64,000 nt of DNA, from assembly GCA_963726745.1 (NCBI GenBank), contig CAVSDR010000003.1, positions 896,001 to 960,000 of the forward strand, read 5' to 3'. The notes under the pieces were generated by a model. That model saw only the letters and a program-made list of their open reading frames with translations. It was not told the DNA's origin and searched no databases. The DNA comes from an uncultured Verrucomicrobiae bacterium. Lineage in GTDB: Bacteria; Verrucomicrobiota; Verrucomicrobiia; Chthoniobacterales; UBA10450. The translations under genes were made by a program, and so were the position numbers. Shown in pieces: positions 20,930-33,143 of this stretch (position 1 is the stretch's first letter; every line of letters starts with the position of its first letter).

Positions 20930-21391
20930 TTAGCCGTCGAGCGCCAAGGTGAAGTGATGCGAGGCGATCTGCATCCGCTTGCGCAGGTAAAAGCGATGCG
21001 CGTCGAAGCGTTGCACCCCGGAATCGAGCGTGAAAGCGCGGCACTTCTCGCGCCGCGCCTCCTGCACCAGCCAATCGAAAAGCCGGTCGCCAAAACCGCG
21101 CGAGCGATCCGCGGCCCGCGTCACCAGGTCGTCTACGTAAAGCGTCCGCCCGGAGAAAAGCAGCTCGAGGATCCGGTAGCCCGCGACTGCGCGCACCTCC
21201 CCGTCCGCCTCGAGAAAAGCCAGCCGGTAACCTTCCTTCTGCTGTCGCTGAACTTGCCGGCTAAATTTCGCCCGGTCCGCGTGGTGCGGCCGCAATTCCG
21301 CCATGACCGCGTGGCAGCGGCCGATCTCCGCCGCGGTGCGCGCCTCCCGGATCGTTACGTCGCCGGGCGTTCCCGTTTTCCGTCGTACCAT
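20930..21391 (-). CDS. GNAT family N-acetyltransferase
   Basis: YVDDLVT...RSRGFG, LDSGVQRFDAHRFY. Confidence 0.9.
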   Translation of the reverse strand: MVRRKTGTPGDVTIREARTAAEIGRCHAVMAELRPHHADRAKFSRQVQRQQKEGYRLAFLEADGEVRAVAGYRILELLFSGRTLYVDDLVTRAADRSRGFGDRLFDWLVQEARREKCRAFTLDSGVQRFDAHRFYLRKRMQIASHHFTLALDG

Positions 21392-22074
21392 AAATCAAGC
21401 TTCTCCCGCTTCCGCAGCGCCCGTTGGCCGCCGAAGAAAATGAAAAACGTCTGCCCGAGAACGAAGCGCGCCGAGTGCATTCGCACCTTCCGCGCGGAGG
21501 TCACGATCGGCTCGCGCAGGATCTCGAAGCGGCCGATTTTTTTCAAAGCCAGGGTCAGGAAGACCTCTTCGCCGGCGAAATATTGCTCATCGAAACCGCC
21601 CGCCTGCTCGAAGAACTCGCGCCGGGTGAAGACAAACGCGCCCACCGCCAGTCGCATCCGAAAGTAGATCGCGGAGAAGCAGCGCAGGAAAATGCGCGCC
21701 CAGAGCGCAAGCTCACTATCCATCGCCACGTAGGCGCTCCCGCCCACCGCTCCCTTTGCCAGCGCCGCGAGCGCGCCGGTGACGTGCCCGGGCGCGATCC
21801 GCGTGTCGGCATCCACGAAGAACAGCACCTCGCCCTGCGCCACCCGCGCCCCGGCGTTGCGGGCCGCGGCGATCTGGCGGCGTTCGATCGCAACCACCCG
21901 GGCGCCAAAGCCGCGCGCGATCTCCGCGGTTGCATCGCTCGAGGCGTCGTCCACCACGATGAGTTCGTAGCTTTCGCCGGAGGCATCGGCCGCCACGCGC
22001 AGTGCCGAGAGCGACCCGGGCAACTCGAGTTCCTCGTTGTGGGCCGGGACCACGAAGGAGAGCGCGGGCGTCAT
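21355..22074 (-). CDS. Glycosyltransferase family 2
   Basis: VVPAHNEE, VVDDASSD, AARNAGA, FVDADT, GGFDE. Confidence 0.9.
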   Translation of the reverse strand: MTPALSFVVPAHNEELELPGSLSALRVAADASGESYELIVVDDASSDATAEIARGFGARVVAIERRQIAAARNAGARVAQGEVLFFVDADTRIAPGHVTGALAALAKGAVGGSAYVAMDSELALWARIFLRCFSAIYFRMRLAVGAFVFTRREFFEQAGGFDEQYFAGEEVFLTLALKKIGRFEILREPIVTSARKVRMHSARFVLGQTFFIFFGGQRALRKREKLDLWYDGKRERPAT

Positions 22075-22177
22075 CGGCGGGAGGTTGAGCCCGAATCGCC
22101 CGCGACGAAAGCGATTTTCCTGCCGGCGCGGGCACGACACCTGCACTGCCTAACGAGACTACCTCGTTCCATCTCCT

Positions 22178-22634
<457 letters not shown>

Positions 22635-22645
<11 letters not shown>

Positions 22646-23741
22646 GCTTGCCGGCAAGCAGCGCCTCGGAATCGAGCGTCTGCGGGCCGGCTTCGGTACA
22701 GACAGCAAATTGATTCGGGTAAAGCGCCACGCCCGCGTACTCGCCCTTGGCGTTCAGGATGTAGAAGTTGACGTTAAAATTCGGGAGGCCGCGGCTGTTC
22801 AGGAGACGCTTCTCGATCGTGTTCCCCTGGATGCGCTTGAGCGCTTCCATCCCGGCGTCTTTCGGTGTCATTCCGCGCCGCATGTTTTCCACGATCAGGA
22901 ACGAGCAAAGGCCGTAGAGATTGGCCTCGCCGCGCCCGGTTGAGCCGGCGGCGCCAATCTCGCCATCGACATAAAGTCCCGCACCCAGGATCGGCGAATC
23001 GCCCACCCGGCCGGGAATCTTCCACGCCAAGCCGCTCGTCGTGGTCACGCCGCAGATCTCGCCCTGCGCGTTCACCCCGTTGCAATTGATCGTCCCGGTG
23101 ACGTGCTGCATTTCGATCAGCCCCTCGTTTACCATCGCCACGCGCGCGCGATCGCCCGCCTCGGCGCGTTTCTGCGGGTCGAGCCAATGCTCGGGATCGA
23201 TCCGGCGTTTCCAATCGAGCCAAAGGCGGCGCGACTCCTCGGTGTTCAGGTCCTCCTCGATCTTGAAGCCCATGTCGCGCGCAAATTTCTGCGCGCCCGC
23301 GCCCACCAGCAGGTGGTGATCGGTAAAGTTCATTACCTTTTGCGCAACGTTCGACGGCGTGCGCACGCCCTCGATGCAGGCCACGCCGCCGGCCCGCTTC
23401 TTCGGCCCATGCATGCAGCAGGAGTCGAGCTGGACCACGCCGTCGGCATTGGGCAATCCGCCAAAGCCAACGCTCGTGTCCGCGGGGTCGAGTTCGACGA
23501 TGTTCACCCCGGCGATGAGCGCGTCGAGCACATCGCCGCCCTGCGTCATCAAGGTCCAGGCTTTCTGCACGCAGGTCATCTCGCCGCCGTTCTTGAATTT
23601 GTTTCCGTTCGCCGACGAGATCACCACCGGCTTGCTCGACTTGTTAGGCATAATCTTGGGAGACTGAGCGCGCAGAGCGCGCGGGAGGCTGGCGGCCAGG
23701 CTCGCGGCCGCGGTGGTTTTGACGAAATTGCGGCGATCCAT
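22635..23741 (-). CDS. N4-(beta-N-acetylglucosaminyl)-L-asparaginase family Ntn hydrolase, Tat-exported
   Basis: MDRRNFVK twin-arginine signal, SVGFGGLP, GTI nucleophile, TSGLAWKIPGRVGDSP, TGRGE. Confidence 0.9.
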
Positions 23742-23757
23742 CGCGTGAAAGCGTCGG

Positions 23758-25249
23758 CTATTTCTTCCAGACGTCGCCCACGCCTTCGCCAAGCCAGCGG
23801 GTGCTCACGACTTTTTGCTGGGTGTAAAACTGCACCCCTTCCTTCCCCTGGATGTGGAGGTCGCCGTAGAACGATTCGTCCCAGCCGGTGAACGGGAAAC
23901 ATCGCCATGGTCGCGGGCACGCCGACGTTGATCCCGACCATCCCAGCTTTCACGCGATGCTTGAATTCGCGCGCGGCTTTGCCGGAGTTGGTGAAGATCG
24001 CGGCGCCGTTGCCGTAGGCGGATTTGTTTGCCAGCGCGATCGCCTGGTCGAGGTCGTCCATCCGCATGACGTTAAGCACCGGGCCGAAGATTTCCTCGCG
24101 GCCGATGGTCATTTCGTTCTGCACTTGGTCGACGATGGTCGCGCCAAGATAGAAGCCGTTCGGCGCTTCCGAGACGCGCAGGTCGCGCCCATCGGCGATG
24201 ATCTTGGCGCCTTCCTTCTCGCCGCTAGCCAGCAAGCTCAGGACGCGGTCGCGGTGCTGCGCGGTGATCACCGGGCCCATGTCCGGTTGCGCCTCGGCGC
24301 CATCGGTCGGGCCGACCTTGATCGCGCGCGCGGCCTCGACCAACGACGGCAGCAGATGCTCCGCGGCCTTGCCGACGGTGATCGCAGTCGAGCCGGCCAT
24401 GCAACGTTCGCCGGCGCAGCCAAAGGCGGCGGTCGAGAGCGCCTCGACCGTGCGCGGGACATCGGCATCGGGCATGACCACGATGTAGTTCTTCGCGCCG
24501 CCGTTCGCTTGCACCCGCTTTCCGTGGCGCGTGCCGGTTTCGAAGATGTATTTCGCCACCGGGGAAGAGCCGACGAAGGAAATCGCGCGCACCTTCGGAT
24601 GCGTCAGAAGCGCATCGACGCATTCGCGGCCGCCGTGGACGATGTTGAGCACGCCTTTCGGCAAGCCGGCTTTCTCGAGCAGCTCGATGATCATGACCAC
24701 CGTGAGCGGGACTTTCTCGCTCGGCTTGAGCACGAAGGTGTTTCCGCATGCGAGCGCCAGCGGGAACATCCACATCGGCACCATCGCGGGAAAATTAAAC
24801 GGCGTGATCCCGACGCAGACGCCGAGCGGCTGCAGGAGCGTCTCGCAATCGACCCCGCGCGCGAGATCCGGCAGGTTGTCGCCCATCAGGAGCGTCGGCG
24901 CGCTGCAGGCGTACTCGACATTCTCCAGCCCGCGATAAACGCTCCCGCGCGCTTCCGCGAGCGTCTTCCCGTGCTCGCGCGAAACGCTCGCGCAGATGCG
25001 CTCGAAGTTTTCCTCGAGCAACTGGCGGTAGCGGAAAAACAAACGCGCCCGCTCCACTACCGGAGTGTCGCGCCACGCCGGAAAAGCCGCGTGCGCGGCC
25101 TCGACCGCATCATTCACCCGGTCGGCCCCGCACATCGGGACCTCGGCAATCACTTCGCCGCGGGAGGGATTGTAGACGGGCGAAGTGCCGTTGCCGTCAA
25201 CGGTCTCCCAAGTTCCGCCAATGAAGACCGGGCAGGCTGAAGTAGGCAT
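23758..25249 (-). CDS. mmsA: CoA-acylating (methyl)malonate-semialdehyde dehydrogenase (frameshift near 23890)
   Basis: [46 protein letters not shown]; the true tail FTGW...FYGDLH...FYTQ is in a shifted frame. Confidence 0.9.
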
Positions 25250-25252
25250 GGG

Positions 25253-26382
25253 TTACCCTCGCGCCAATGCGTCGGATTGCTTCACGAAATCGTCGCCGCT
25301 CCACTCGCTGTCGGCCTTGACCATTTTCGCTTCCTCGGCCGCTTTCTGCGCTGCCTTGCGCTCGCCCTGCATGCGCACGAGCTCGGCGTGGGTGGTGAAG
25401 TAATCCAGGCTCTTGCCTTTGAAATCAGCCAGCGTCTCGAAGCTGTGCTTCTCCATGAAGGCGAGCAGCTCGTCCTGCATCCGCTTGACGCATTCGTAGC
25501 CGAACTTCATCACGCCGGTGCAGACCTGGACGGTGTCCGCGCCTAGCAGGATGAACTGCGCGGCGTCGCCGCCGCTTTCCACGCCGCCGATGCCCGAGAG
25601 CGAGCGGCCGGGAAATTCCGTGGCGAATCATGGTCGCGATTTCCATGACCATGCGGAGCGCGATCGGGCGGACCGCCTTGGACGAATAACCGCCCGGCGT
25701 GGTGAAGCCTTCGACCGATTGGCTCCGGCCGGAGCGTCTCGAGGTTCACTCCCATGACACTGCGAATGGTGTTGATCGCCGCCAGTCCCTGGCAGCCGGC
25801 GCGCAGCGAGGCGCGGCTCGGATCGGTGATGCGGGTGACGTTTGGCGTCATCTTCGCCCAGACCGGTTTCTTGGCTGCGCTCATGACCCAGCCGCAGACT
25901 TCCTCGAGAATTTCCGGCACCTGCCCCATGGCCGCGCCCATCTTCCGCTCGGGCAATCCGTGCGGGCAGGAGAAGTTGCACTCAAACGCATCCACCCCCG
26001 CGTCCTGGCAACGCTCGACGATCTCGACCCAGGCGTCCTTGTTGAACTCCTCCATGATCGACGCGATCAAAATTCCCTCGGGAAACTGGTCTTTGATCTT
26101 CTTGAATTCCTCCAGCCAGATCTCGAATTTCCGGTCGCTGATCAGCTCGATGTTTTCCCAGCCGATGACTTCCTTGCGGTCCTCCGAGTAAAGCTTCGCG
26201 TAGCGCGGGGTGACGTTGACCACCTTGCTGGAATCGAGGCTGACGGTCTTCGCGATGACCGCGCCCCAGCCTTCCTTAAAGGCCTTGTTGATCACGTTCA
26301 GGTTCGTCCCCGGAGGACCTGAGCCGATGACGAAAGGGTTGGGTAATTTCAGGCCGTCGACGGTGGTGGCTAGTGTAGGCAT
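25253..26382 (-). CDS. preA: Dihydropyrimidine dehydrogenase FMN subunit, PreA/PYD1-like (frameshifts near 25715 and 25620)
   Basis: NPFVIGSGPP, GWENIELISD, NFSCPHG, WAKMTPN, INT, VQVCTGVM. Confidence 0.85.
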
Positions 26383-26460
26383 AAGCGATGGGGTGGGAGT
26401 CGCTTCTATGCGCCCGGGCCGGAAAACTCAATCCCGAACTCCGCGCGCCCCTGGCGCGCG

Positions 26461-28343
26461 TTACGGCCGCGAGACCTGCAACCGGATGAAGCGCCGCGCC
26501 GCCTCCGCGGTGGAAGCGTTATCATGCGCCTGCAAAAGCGTGAGCGTGTTTTGCTCGATCGTCGTCTCCGCTGCATTCCAGCCCGCGAGGTCGCTCGCTA
26601 CCTCGATCGCAAGCGCGAGATCGGTCGCGGCGGGATTTTTCGCGACCGTCATCCTGAGATGACCCGCCGGATCGAGGCTGGTCGCGACCCCGGTGCCCGG
26701 CGGATAGGCCACCAGCGGATTCAGGCCTAACGAGTACTTGAGCAGATTGGCCAGCCCGTCGCCGCTGGGGTTGGCGGTGTCGGCGGCGTCGCCGGTGTTG
26801 GTCGCGCCGGGCCCAAAATATTGCTGCCGCCAATGATCGACCGTGTCGGTGACCAAGCCGGTGAGCGCGATGACGTGCCGATTCGGATTGCCGCTGGTGT
26901 TCAAGGCAACGGCCGGTTCGTAGCGGTCGTTCGCGGTGAAGCTGAGCGGCGCCTGGTAAAGGCCGCTCGCACTTGCCGAAAGCGTGACGCTAAAGCTGGC
27001 CGACTGGCCGTTGTCCAACGACGCGCTGGGAAAATCCGCGCTGCCGTAGCCGGCGGGGAGCGCAAGATCGGCGAGCATCAGCGGACCGCTGCGCAACGGG
27101 CTGGTTTGGGTGTTCGTGATCGTGATCGTGCGCGCGACCGGCGCATCGAACGGCGTGGCGCCGAAGTCGACTGCCGTGACCACGCTCATTTCCGGCTCGA
27201 TCAACTCGAAGGCGCCAGCATCTGGCAGCGCATGCCGCGGCGCGTCGCGCTGGTCGAGGCTCACGCTCGAGGCGAGCCCTGCCCGCTGCGCAGCCGAGCC
27301 GCGGAGCAGCGCGTGGCTTTTGGTGGAGCCACCGTTGAGCGCGAGCGCGGGGGCCACGGAAGCAGCCAGGTTTGCGCGGCCAAGGCGGTCGCTCCCGCTC
27401 ATGAACTGCGCGCTCGTGACCGTTTCGTCGGTGACGTTTCCGCCTAACGAGGAGTAGCTCAGGGTGAGCGCGCCGGTCGTGTTGCCGGCAAAATTCCGCA
27501 GGGCGCTGGCCGGCGCCTGGTTATTAGCCAGCAGGCTGTTCTTGACGCTGGCGAAGGTGTGATAGCTCGCGGTGTAATTCTCGCGTATCGCCCCGGCCGC
27601 GCCGCTGGCGTCGACATTCGCCACGAAGGTGCAGTGCTCCACGGTAAGCCCGGCCGGATTCGAGGGCGTCGCGCCGTAGTTATAAATCGCGCCGCCGCCC
27701 GGCTGCCCGGTGGCTGCGCCGCTCTGGGTGTTGCCAGAGAAGGTGCAGTTAGTGATCCGGGAAGCGACCGTCGGCCCCAGGCTGAGCGCACCGCCGCCGC
27801 CGTATGTGCCAAAGGCCAGGCCGGTGCTGTTGTTACCGGAGAAGGTGCAGCGGTCCAGGAGGAGGCCGCCGTTGAAGACGTCGACCGCGCCGCCCCAGCC
27901 CGATTGATTATTGCTGAAAGCGCAATCGCGGATCGTGAGTCAATTTCGCCGCGCCGCCGGCGCTGAAGTTGTCGGCAAAAATCGCGCCGCCGGTGTCGAT
28001 GTCCCCGGGGAAGGCCCGGCAGTTGTCGAAAGTGAGGCCGCTGATCGTGCAGCTGGCGTTGGTCAGGTGCAGCGCGCGCGTGGTCGCGTTGGTCGTGATC
28101 GTGAGGTTGGTCGCGCCCGGGCCGGAGAATCGTCAGGTCTTTGCCGTTGACGGCGATTTCACCACTCGTTAGGGCAATCGTCCCGTTGATCTTGAAGGTA
28201 ATCGTGTCGCCATTCGCCGCCGCGGCCAACTGCGCGCGGAGCGAACCGACGCCGCTGTCTGCAGTCGTGCTCACGCTCAGGCTTGCGGCTTGCGCGCCGG
28301 TGCCGGCGAGCAGAAGCGCAAAGATGAGGCGGAGCGTTTTCAT
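26461..28343 (-). CDS. Secreted beta-helix / choice-of-anchor-type surface protein with Verrucomicrobia-type C-terminal domain (frameshifts about 27940-28130)
   Basis: Signal peptide, TTADSGVGSLRA, NGGSTKSHALLRGS, DQR...DAGAFE, WRQQYFG...GDGLANLLKYSLGLNP...RFIRL. Confidence 0.7.
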
Positions 28344-28346
28344 TCG

Positions 28347-30511
28347 TTAGCCACCCATGGTCGCGCCGGGGAAGAAGGGGAGGCTGCGCAGACGCGTGCC
28401 GGTTAATTTCGCGTAGGCGTTCGCGACCGCGGGCGCGATCGGCGGCACGCCCGGTTCGCCGCATCCGCTCATGGGCGCGCCGCTGTTGATGATGTTGACC
28501 GTGATCACCGGCGCCTCGCTCATGCGCAGGACGCGATACTTATTGAAGTTGGTCGCGCCGGGCTTGCCCGCGGTCCATTTGATCTCGCCCCAAAGCGCCG
28601 CGCTCAAGCCGTGGAAAATGCCGCCCTCCATCTGCGCCGCGACGGAGTCGGGATTGACCGCGGTGCCGCAATCGACCGCGCAGGCGACTTTGTAAACGCG
28701 GATGCTGGTTGCCGTGCCGGAGATTTCGACGCACTCCGCGACGATGGTGTTGAACGCCTGGGCCACGGCGAGGCCTCGCGCGCGACCCGCGGGCAACGCC
28801 GTGCCCCAACCGCCGATCGCGGCCGCGCTGTTCAAGCACGCGAGGGTGCGCGCGGCCAGCGGGTCGGTGCTATTGGCCAGCAACTGCTGCCGGAAGAGGA
28901 GCGGGTCGACGTTGGCCGCGAGCGCAAGTTCATCGATCGCGCTCTCGACCGCAAAGGCGTTGAGCGAATAGCCGACGGACCGCCAATAGCCGACCGGGAT
29001 GGGCGACGGATGGATGACGTATTCGACCGTGCGGCTGCCGAAATTATACGGCAGCGTGGTGCTGCCTTCGGTCGCCTGCGAATCGCCCTTCGTGCCGATG
29101 GTCGCGCCGCGTTGCTTCGAAATAGACGGCGAGATGTGCCGGTAATTCCACGCGCTCACGCTCCCGGCATTATCCAAACCGGCGCGCACGCGGATCATCG
29201 CCATCGGGCGATACTGGTCGTTTGCCATGTCCTGCTCGCGCGTCCAGGTGAGCTTCACCGGCGTGCCGCTCGGGAGGGCTTTCGCGACCTGTACCGCCTG
29301 CGAAATAAAATCCTGCTCGATCTTTCGCCCGAGCCCGCCGCCCATGAGCGTGGGGTAGATCGTGATGCTGGTTTTCGGCAATCCCGAGACGTTCGCGACC
29401 GTGGTCAGCGCGCTGTTTGGACCTTGCGTTGGCGCCCAGACTTCGCAGGTCGTGGCGGTCAGACGCACGGTGCACGCGAGCACTTCCATGCAGGCGTGCG
29501 CCAGGTAAGGGAAGTTATAGGTCGCGTCGATCGTCTTCGCAGCACTCGTTAGGGCGGCGGCCGCGTCGCCGGTTTGCTCGGCCATATACGGCGCACCGCG
29601 TCCCATCAATTGCTGGGCCTGGGCGAGGAAGACGTTGCTATCGAGGAGCGCGGCATTCGCCGGCGCGGTCCAATAGTTGTTCGAGATCCCGTTGGCTAAA
29701 TTCTTGGCCTTGTAGGTATCGGTTGAAACCACTGCGACGGCGTTCGCGGTCGTGCCGGAAATCGGGAGCAGCGGGACGAGCGCGATCGCGGAGCTGGGCT
29801 TCGGCGGCGTGGCATTGAGCAAGCCGCCGATGACCGGGCTGTGCTTGACCGCGGCGAAGACCATCCCGGGAAGGAAGGTGTCGATGCCGTACTTTGCCGA
29901 GCCGTTTGTCTTCGGCGGCAGATCGACCCGCGCCGCCGGCGTGCCGATGATCCGATAGTTGGCAGCCGGCGTGAGCGGCGGATTCGTCGGCACTGGAAAG
30001 GTCGCGGCGGTCGCCGCGAGCTGGCCGTAAGTCAGCGACTCGTTCGTCGATGTGTTCCTGACGGTGCCGTTCGTCGCCTGGCAAAGCGCGCGCTCGACGT
30101 TCCAGGTTTGCGCCGCGGCGCTGAAGCAACATCTCGCGCGCGGCCGCGCCGGCTTTCAGGAAGGTGGGCAGGCGCGAGCGAATCCCGCCGCTGCCCTGCG
30201 GAAAGCCAGGAAGAAATGGCGGCGATCGGTTCCACTTTCACCGCGGTCCACGGCACCATCAATTCCTCCGCCGTGGCCATGGCCAGACCGGTGTAAATGC
30301 CCTGCCCCATCTCGCCGCCGCCGACCAGGACGGTGATCGATTCATCCGCGCCGATGCGGATGTAAGTGGTGATGCTGGTCGGTCCGGGCGTTTGGGCGAA
30401 CGCGCGGCTGCCGCCAGCCTCGAGCGTGATCGCGAGGAGGAAGCCGCCGGTGAGCTTGAGAAATTCGCGCCGGTCGAGCGAATTAGCCTTCGAGATGGCG
30501 GGCGCGCTCAT
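28347..30511 (-). CDS. Xanthine dehydrogenase family molybdopterin subunit, IorB-like (frameshifts about 30000-30220)
   Basis: DRREFLK signal, EMGQGIYT, YLAHACME, MGGGLGRK, WRSVG, DCGTAVNP, GEPGVPP. Confidence 0.85.
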
Positions 30512-30517
30512 GACTCG

Positions 30518-30964
30518 TTAGCCGCCGTTGGCCGCGCGATGAATCGCCGCGCGAATCCGCTGATACGTCCCGCAAATGCAGATGTTGTGGATCTCGTTGA
30601 TCTCGTCGTCTGTCGGATGCGGCTTCTGGCGCAGGAGCGCGCACGCGGCCATGAGCATGCCGGATTGGCAATAGCCGCATTGCGGGACCTGCTCGGCGAT
30701 CCAGGCCTTTTGCAACGGATGGCTGGCGCCGTCCGGCGAGAGGCCTTCGATGGTGGTGATCGTCTTCCCGACCGCGGAGCTGACGTCGTATTGGCAGGTC
30801 TTCTCGGCCTGGCCGTTGATCATCACCGTGCAGGCCCAGCAAACCTCGATGCCGCAGCCGTATTTCGTCCCGGTGAGCCCGAGGAGGTCGCGCAGGACCC
30901 AGAGCAACGGCGTGCTGCCCGCGACGTTTACGTCATAGTTCTGCCCGTTAACGTTGAGCGTCAC
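30518..30964 (-). CDS. (2Fe-2S)-binding subunit, IorA-like
   Basis: TGTKYGCG..C.AC, QCGYCQSG, NICICGTY. Confidence 0.92.
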   Translation of the reverse strand: MTLNVNGQNYDVNVAGSTPLLWVLRDLLGLTGTKYGCGIEVCWACTVMINGQAEKTCQYDVSSAVGKTITTIEGLSPDGASHPLQKAWIAEQVPQCGYCQSGMLMAACALLRQKPHPTDDEINEIHNICICGTYQRIRAAIHRAANGG

Positions 30965-31022
30965 GACAGCGCGAGGATAGGACTTCGCTCGCGGAAAGCA
31001 CGCGCCATTTCAAGGCGGCTCG

Positions 31023-32531
31023 TTAGCCGAAACGGCGGAATTTCGGCCAGGCCTCTTCCCAGCGAAAACGCGGCCCGCGGCAGAGAAAAATGTCGGGATG
31101 CTCGGTGGTCTCCTCGTTGGCAACGCCTTCGCGATTGGTGATGTGGCCGACTAATTCGCAAGAGCGGAAACGCGGCTCCAGATCCTCGCGCGAGGCGCCG
31201 AGAATGATGAGGATTTCCGGAGGCGGATCGCCGTAGCCGCGAGCCCAGAAGGAGTTCACCGGAGAAATCGCAGGCGGCAGACCATACCGCGGGCCGTAGA
31301 GGTTGATCGCGCCGGCTTCGCCGTAGTTGCCCGCGAGGATGCGCACGCGCTCGCGGTCGCCGGGCGGGAGGGAATCGCGGATGCGCGCGACGTTCTCCAC
31401 CAACTCCGGCCAGCCGATTTCCTCGCGCAGGTCGCGGTTAATCTCCGAAACGATCTCCCACCAGCGCGAGTGCAGCGGAGCGAGCGGCAGGAAGATCGCG
31501 GAGATGACGACGATGTTCACGCTCACCCCGAGGAAGGCGAGGGCGCCAATGGTGCGTCGCTTCCACGGGCGACTCTGCGCGAGCCATTCCGCCCCGGCGA
31601 CGGCGCCCGCGGCGTAGAGCATCGGGTAAGCCGGCGCGAGGTAGTAGCCGCGGCCCCGGGCGAGAAGGAAAAGGGCGAGCGGCGCCAGATACATCCAGCC
31701 AAGCACGCGGAACCGCCCTCCCCGCGCGAGGAAGCAGAAGCCGAGGCCGGCCAGCGCCAGCGGGAGCGCGGCCAGGGTGAGCAGCAATTGATCCGGCAGA
31801 AAAGAATCGGTCCGCCCGATCGCGATGTCGCGCGCGTGGATCTTGCGCAGGAACTCCAGCGAGATGAAATCGTGCTGCCATTGCCAGAGGAAATTTGGCA
31901 GGAAGATGAGCAAGGCGAGCGCCGCGCCGAGATAGAGCCACCGGCTGCGTAAATGCGCCCGGAGCGGGCCAAGGATCACGCCCACGCCGAGACCCGCGAC
32001 GAGGAAGAGCATGCTGTATTTGCTCATCATCCCAAAGCCGATCGCGCCTCCGACCGCGAGCCACCAGCGTGGGTCGTGCGACCGGCAAAGGCGCGAGACA
32101 AAATAAGCCACCGCCACCCAGGCGAGGTAATCGAAGGAGACGTATTGCATCAGGCTGCCGGCGGCGAGGCTGAAGGGCGCGGTCGCGCAGACGGCCAGGA
32201 GCTGGGCCGTGCGCTGGCCGCCGAGCTGGCGCGCAAGCAGACCAGCCAGCACCATCGCGCCGGCGCTGGCCACGGCCGCGAAGAAGCGAAACCCGGCGAG
32301 CGACGGGCCGAAGAGTTGCCACGAGATCCAGCCGAAAAAAGGGGTAACCGGCGGATAGGCGACATACCCCCAGGCGAGATGCCGCGCGTCCTCCAGGGTG
32401 GCGAGTTCGTCGCGATGAAAGCCGTAGCGATGGCCCACGAGGAGATGGATCAGCACCGTCGCGGCGGCGAGCGCCAGGATCAGGAGAAGCGTGGTGCGCT
32501 CGCGCTGCGGTTCGGTCACGTCGGGGGCCAC
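31023..32531 (-). CDS. Glycosyltransferase family 39 (ArnT/PMT-like) membrane protein
   Basis: YGFHRDE, LAWGYVAYPP, GMMSKY, multiple TMs, NYGEAGAI. Confidence 0.82.
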   Translation of the reverse strand: MAPDVTEPQRERTTLLLILALAAATVLIHLLVGHRYGFHRDELATLEDARHLAWGYVAYPPVTPFFGWISWQLFGPSLAGFRFFAAVASAGAMVLAGLLARQLGGQRTAQLLAVCATAPFSLAAGSLMQYVSFDYLAWVAVAYFVSRLCRSHDPRWWLAVGGAIGFGMMSKYSMLFLVAGLGVGVILGPLRAHLRSRWLYLGAALALLIFLPNFLWQWQHDFISLEFLRKIHARDIAIGRTDSFLPDQLLLTLAALPLALAGLGFCFLARGGRFRVLGWMYLAPLALFLLARGRGYYLAPAYPMLYAAGAVAGAEWLAQSRPWKRRTIGALAFLGVSVNIVVISAIFLPLAPLHSRWWEIVSEINRDLREEIGWPELVENVARIRDSLPPGDRERVRILAGNYGEAGAINLYGPRYGLPPAISPVNSFWARGYGDPPPEILIILGASREDLEPRFRSCELVGHITNREGVANEETTEHPDIFLCRGPRFRWEEAWPKFRRFG

Positions 32532-32538
32532 GAAAATT

Positions 32539-33109
32539 CTAATGCGGCAGACGCGCGAAGAGCGTGGTGATGTATTGCACAAAGGCGATCGCGGTAAAAA
32601 GAGCCAGCGCTTTGTGAAACCATTCCTTCGCCACCAAAATGCCCGCGACCGCGATCGCGATGTAGCCGAGGTGGAAGAGAAAATTCAACCGCTGCGGGAG
32701 GGCGTGATTCAACACGTAATCGCGGCCCAGGCTCAGGAGCGTGGCCACGATCAGCAGGGTGAAGAAGCGCTTTCGCTGCGCGAAATAATGGGCCCGCAAA
32801 TCGACTCGTCTCCCGGTCGGGAAATTTCGGGAAAACCAACCCGGCCAGCAGATAGAGCACGATGGACTGGGCCAGCAGGACAAGGAACTGGCTAAACTCC
32901 CAATCGTGCCGGTTGCGCAGGTCAAACATGGCCCACCAAGTCTGCGCGCAAACCAGCAGGAGCGTGGCCGCCCAAAGCCGCGTTGGCCAATATTCCTGGA
33001 TCCGTTCCCGCGCCAGCATCCGCTCGCGAAATCCCTGGAGAATCTCCGTGAGCGCCAGCCCGATGATGATCGAAAGCAGAACCGAGAGGTAACTGAACTC
33101 GTCCATCAT
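32539..33109 (-). CDS. Hypothetical membrane protein (frameshift near 32810)
   Basis: FSYLSVLLSIIIGLAL N-terminus; hydrophobic helices continue in ORF 32539..32925. Confidence 0.65.
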
Positions 33110-33143
33110 CGCGCCGGCAGGTGACGTGCGAACGGCGGTGCCA

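Noticed and set aside
23621..23757. Apparent mmsA C-terminal extension overlapping the asparaginase gene
   Set aside because: Artefact of the frameshift near 23890; the true stop is at 23758
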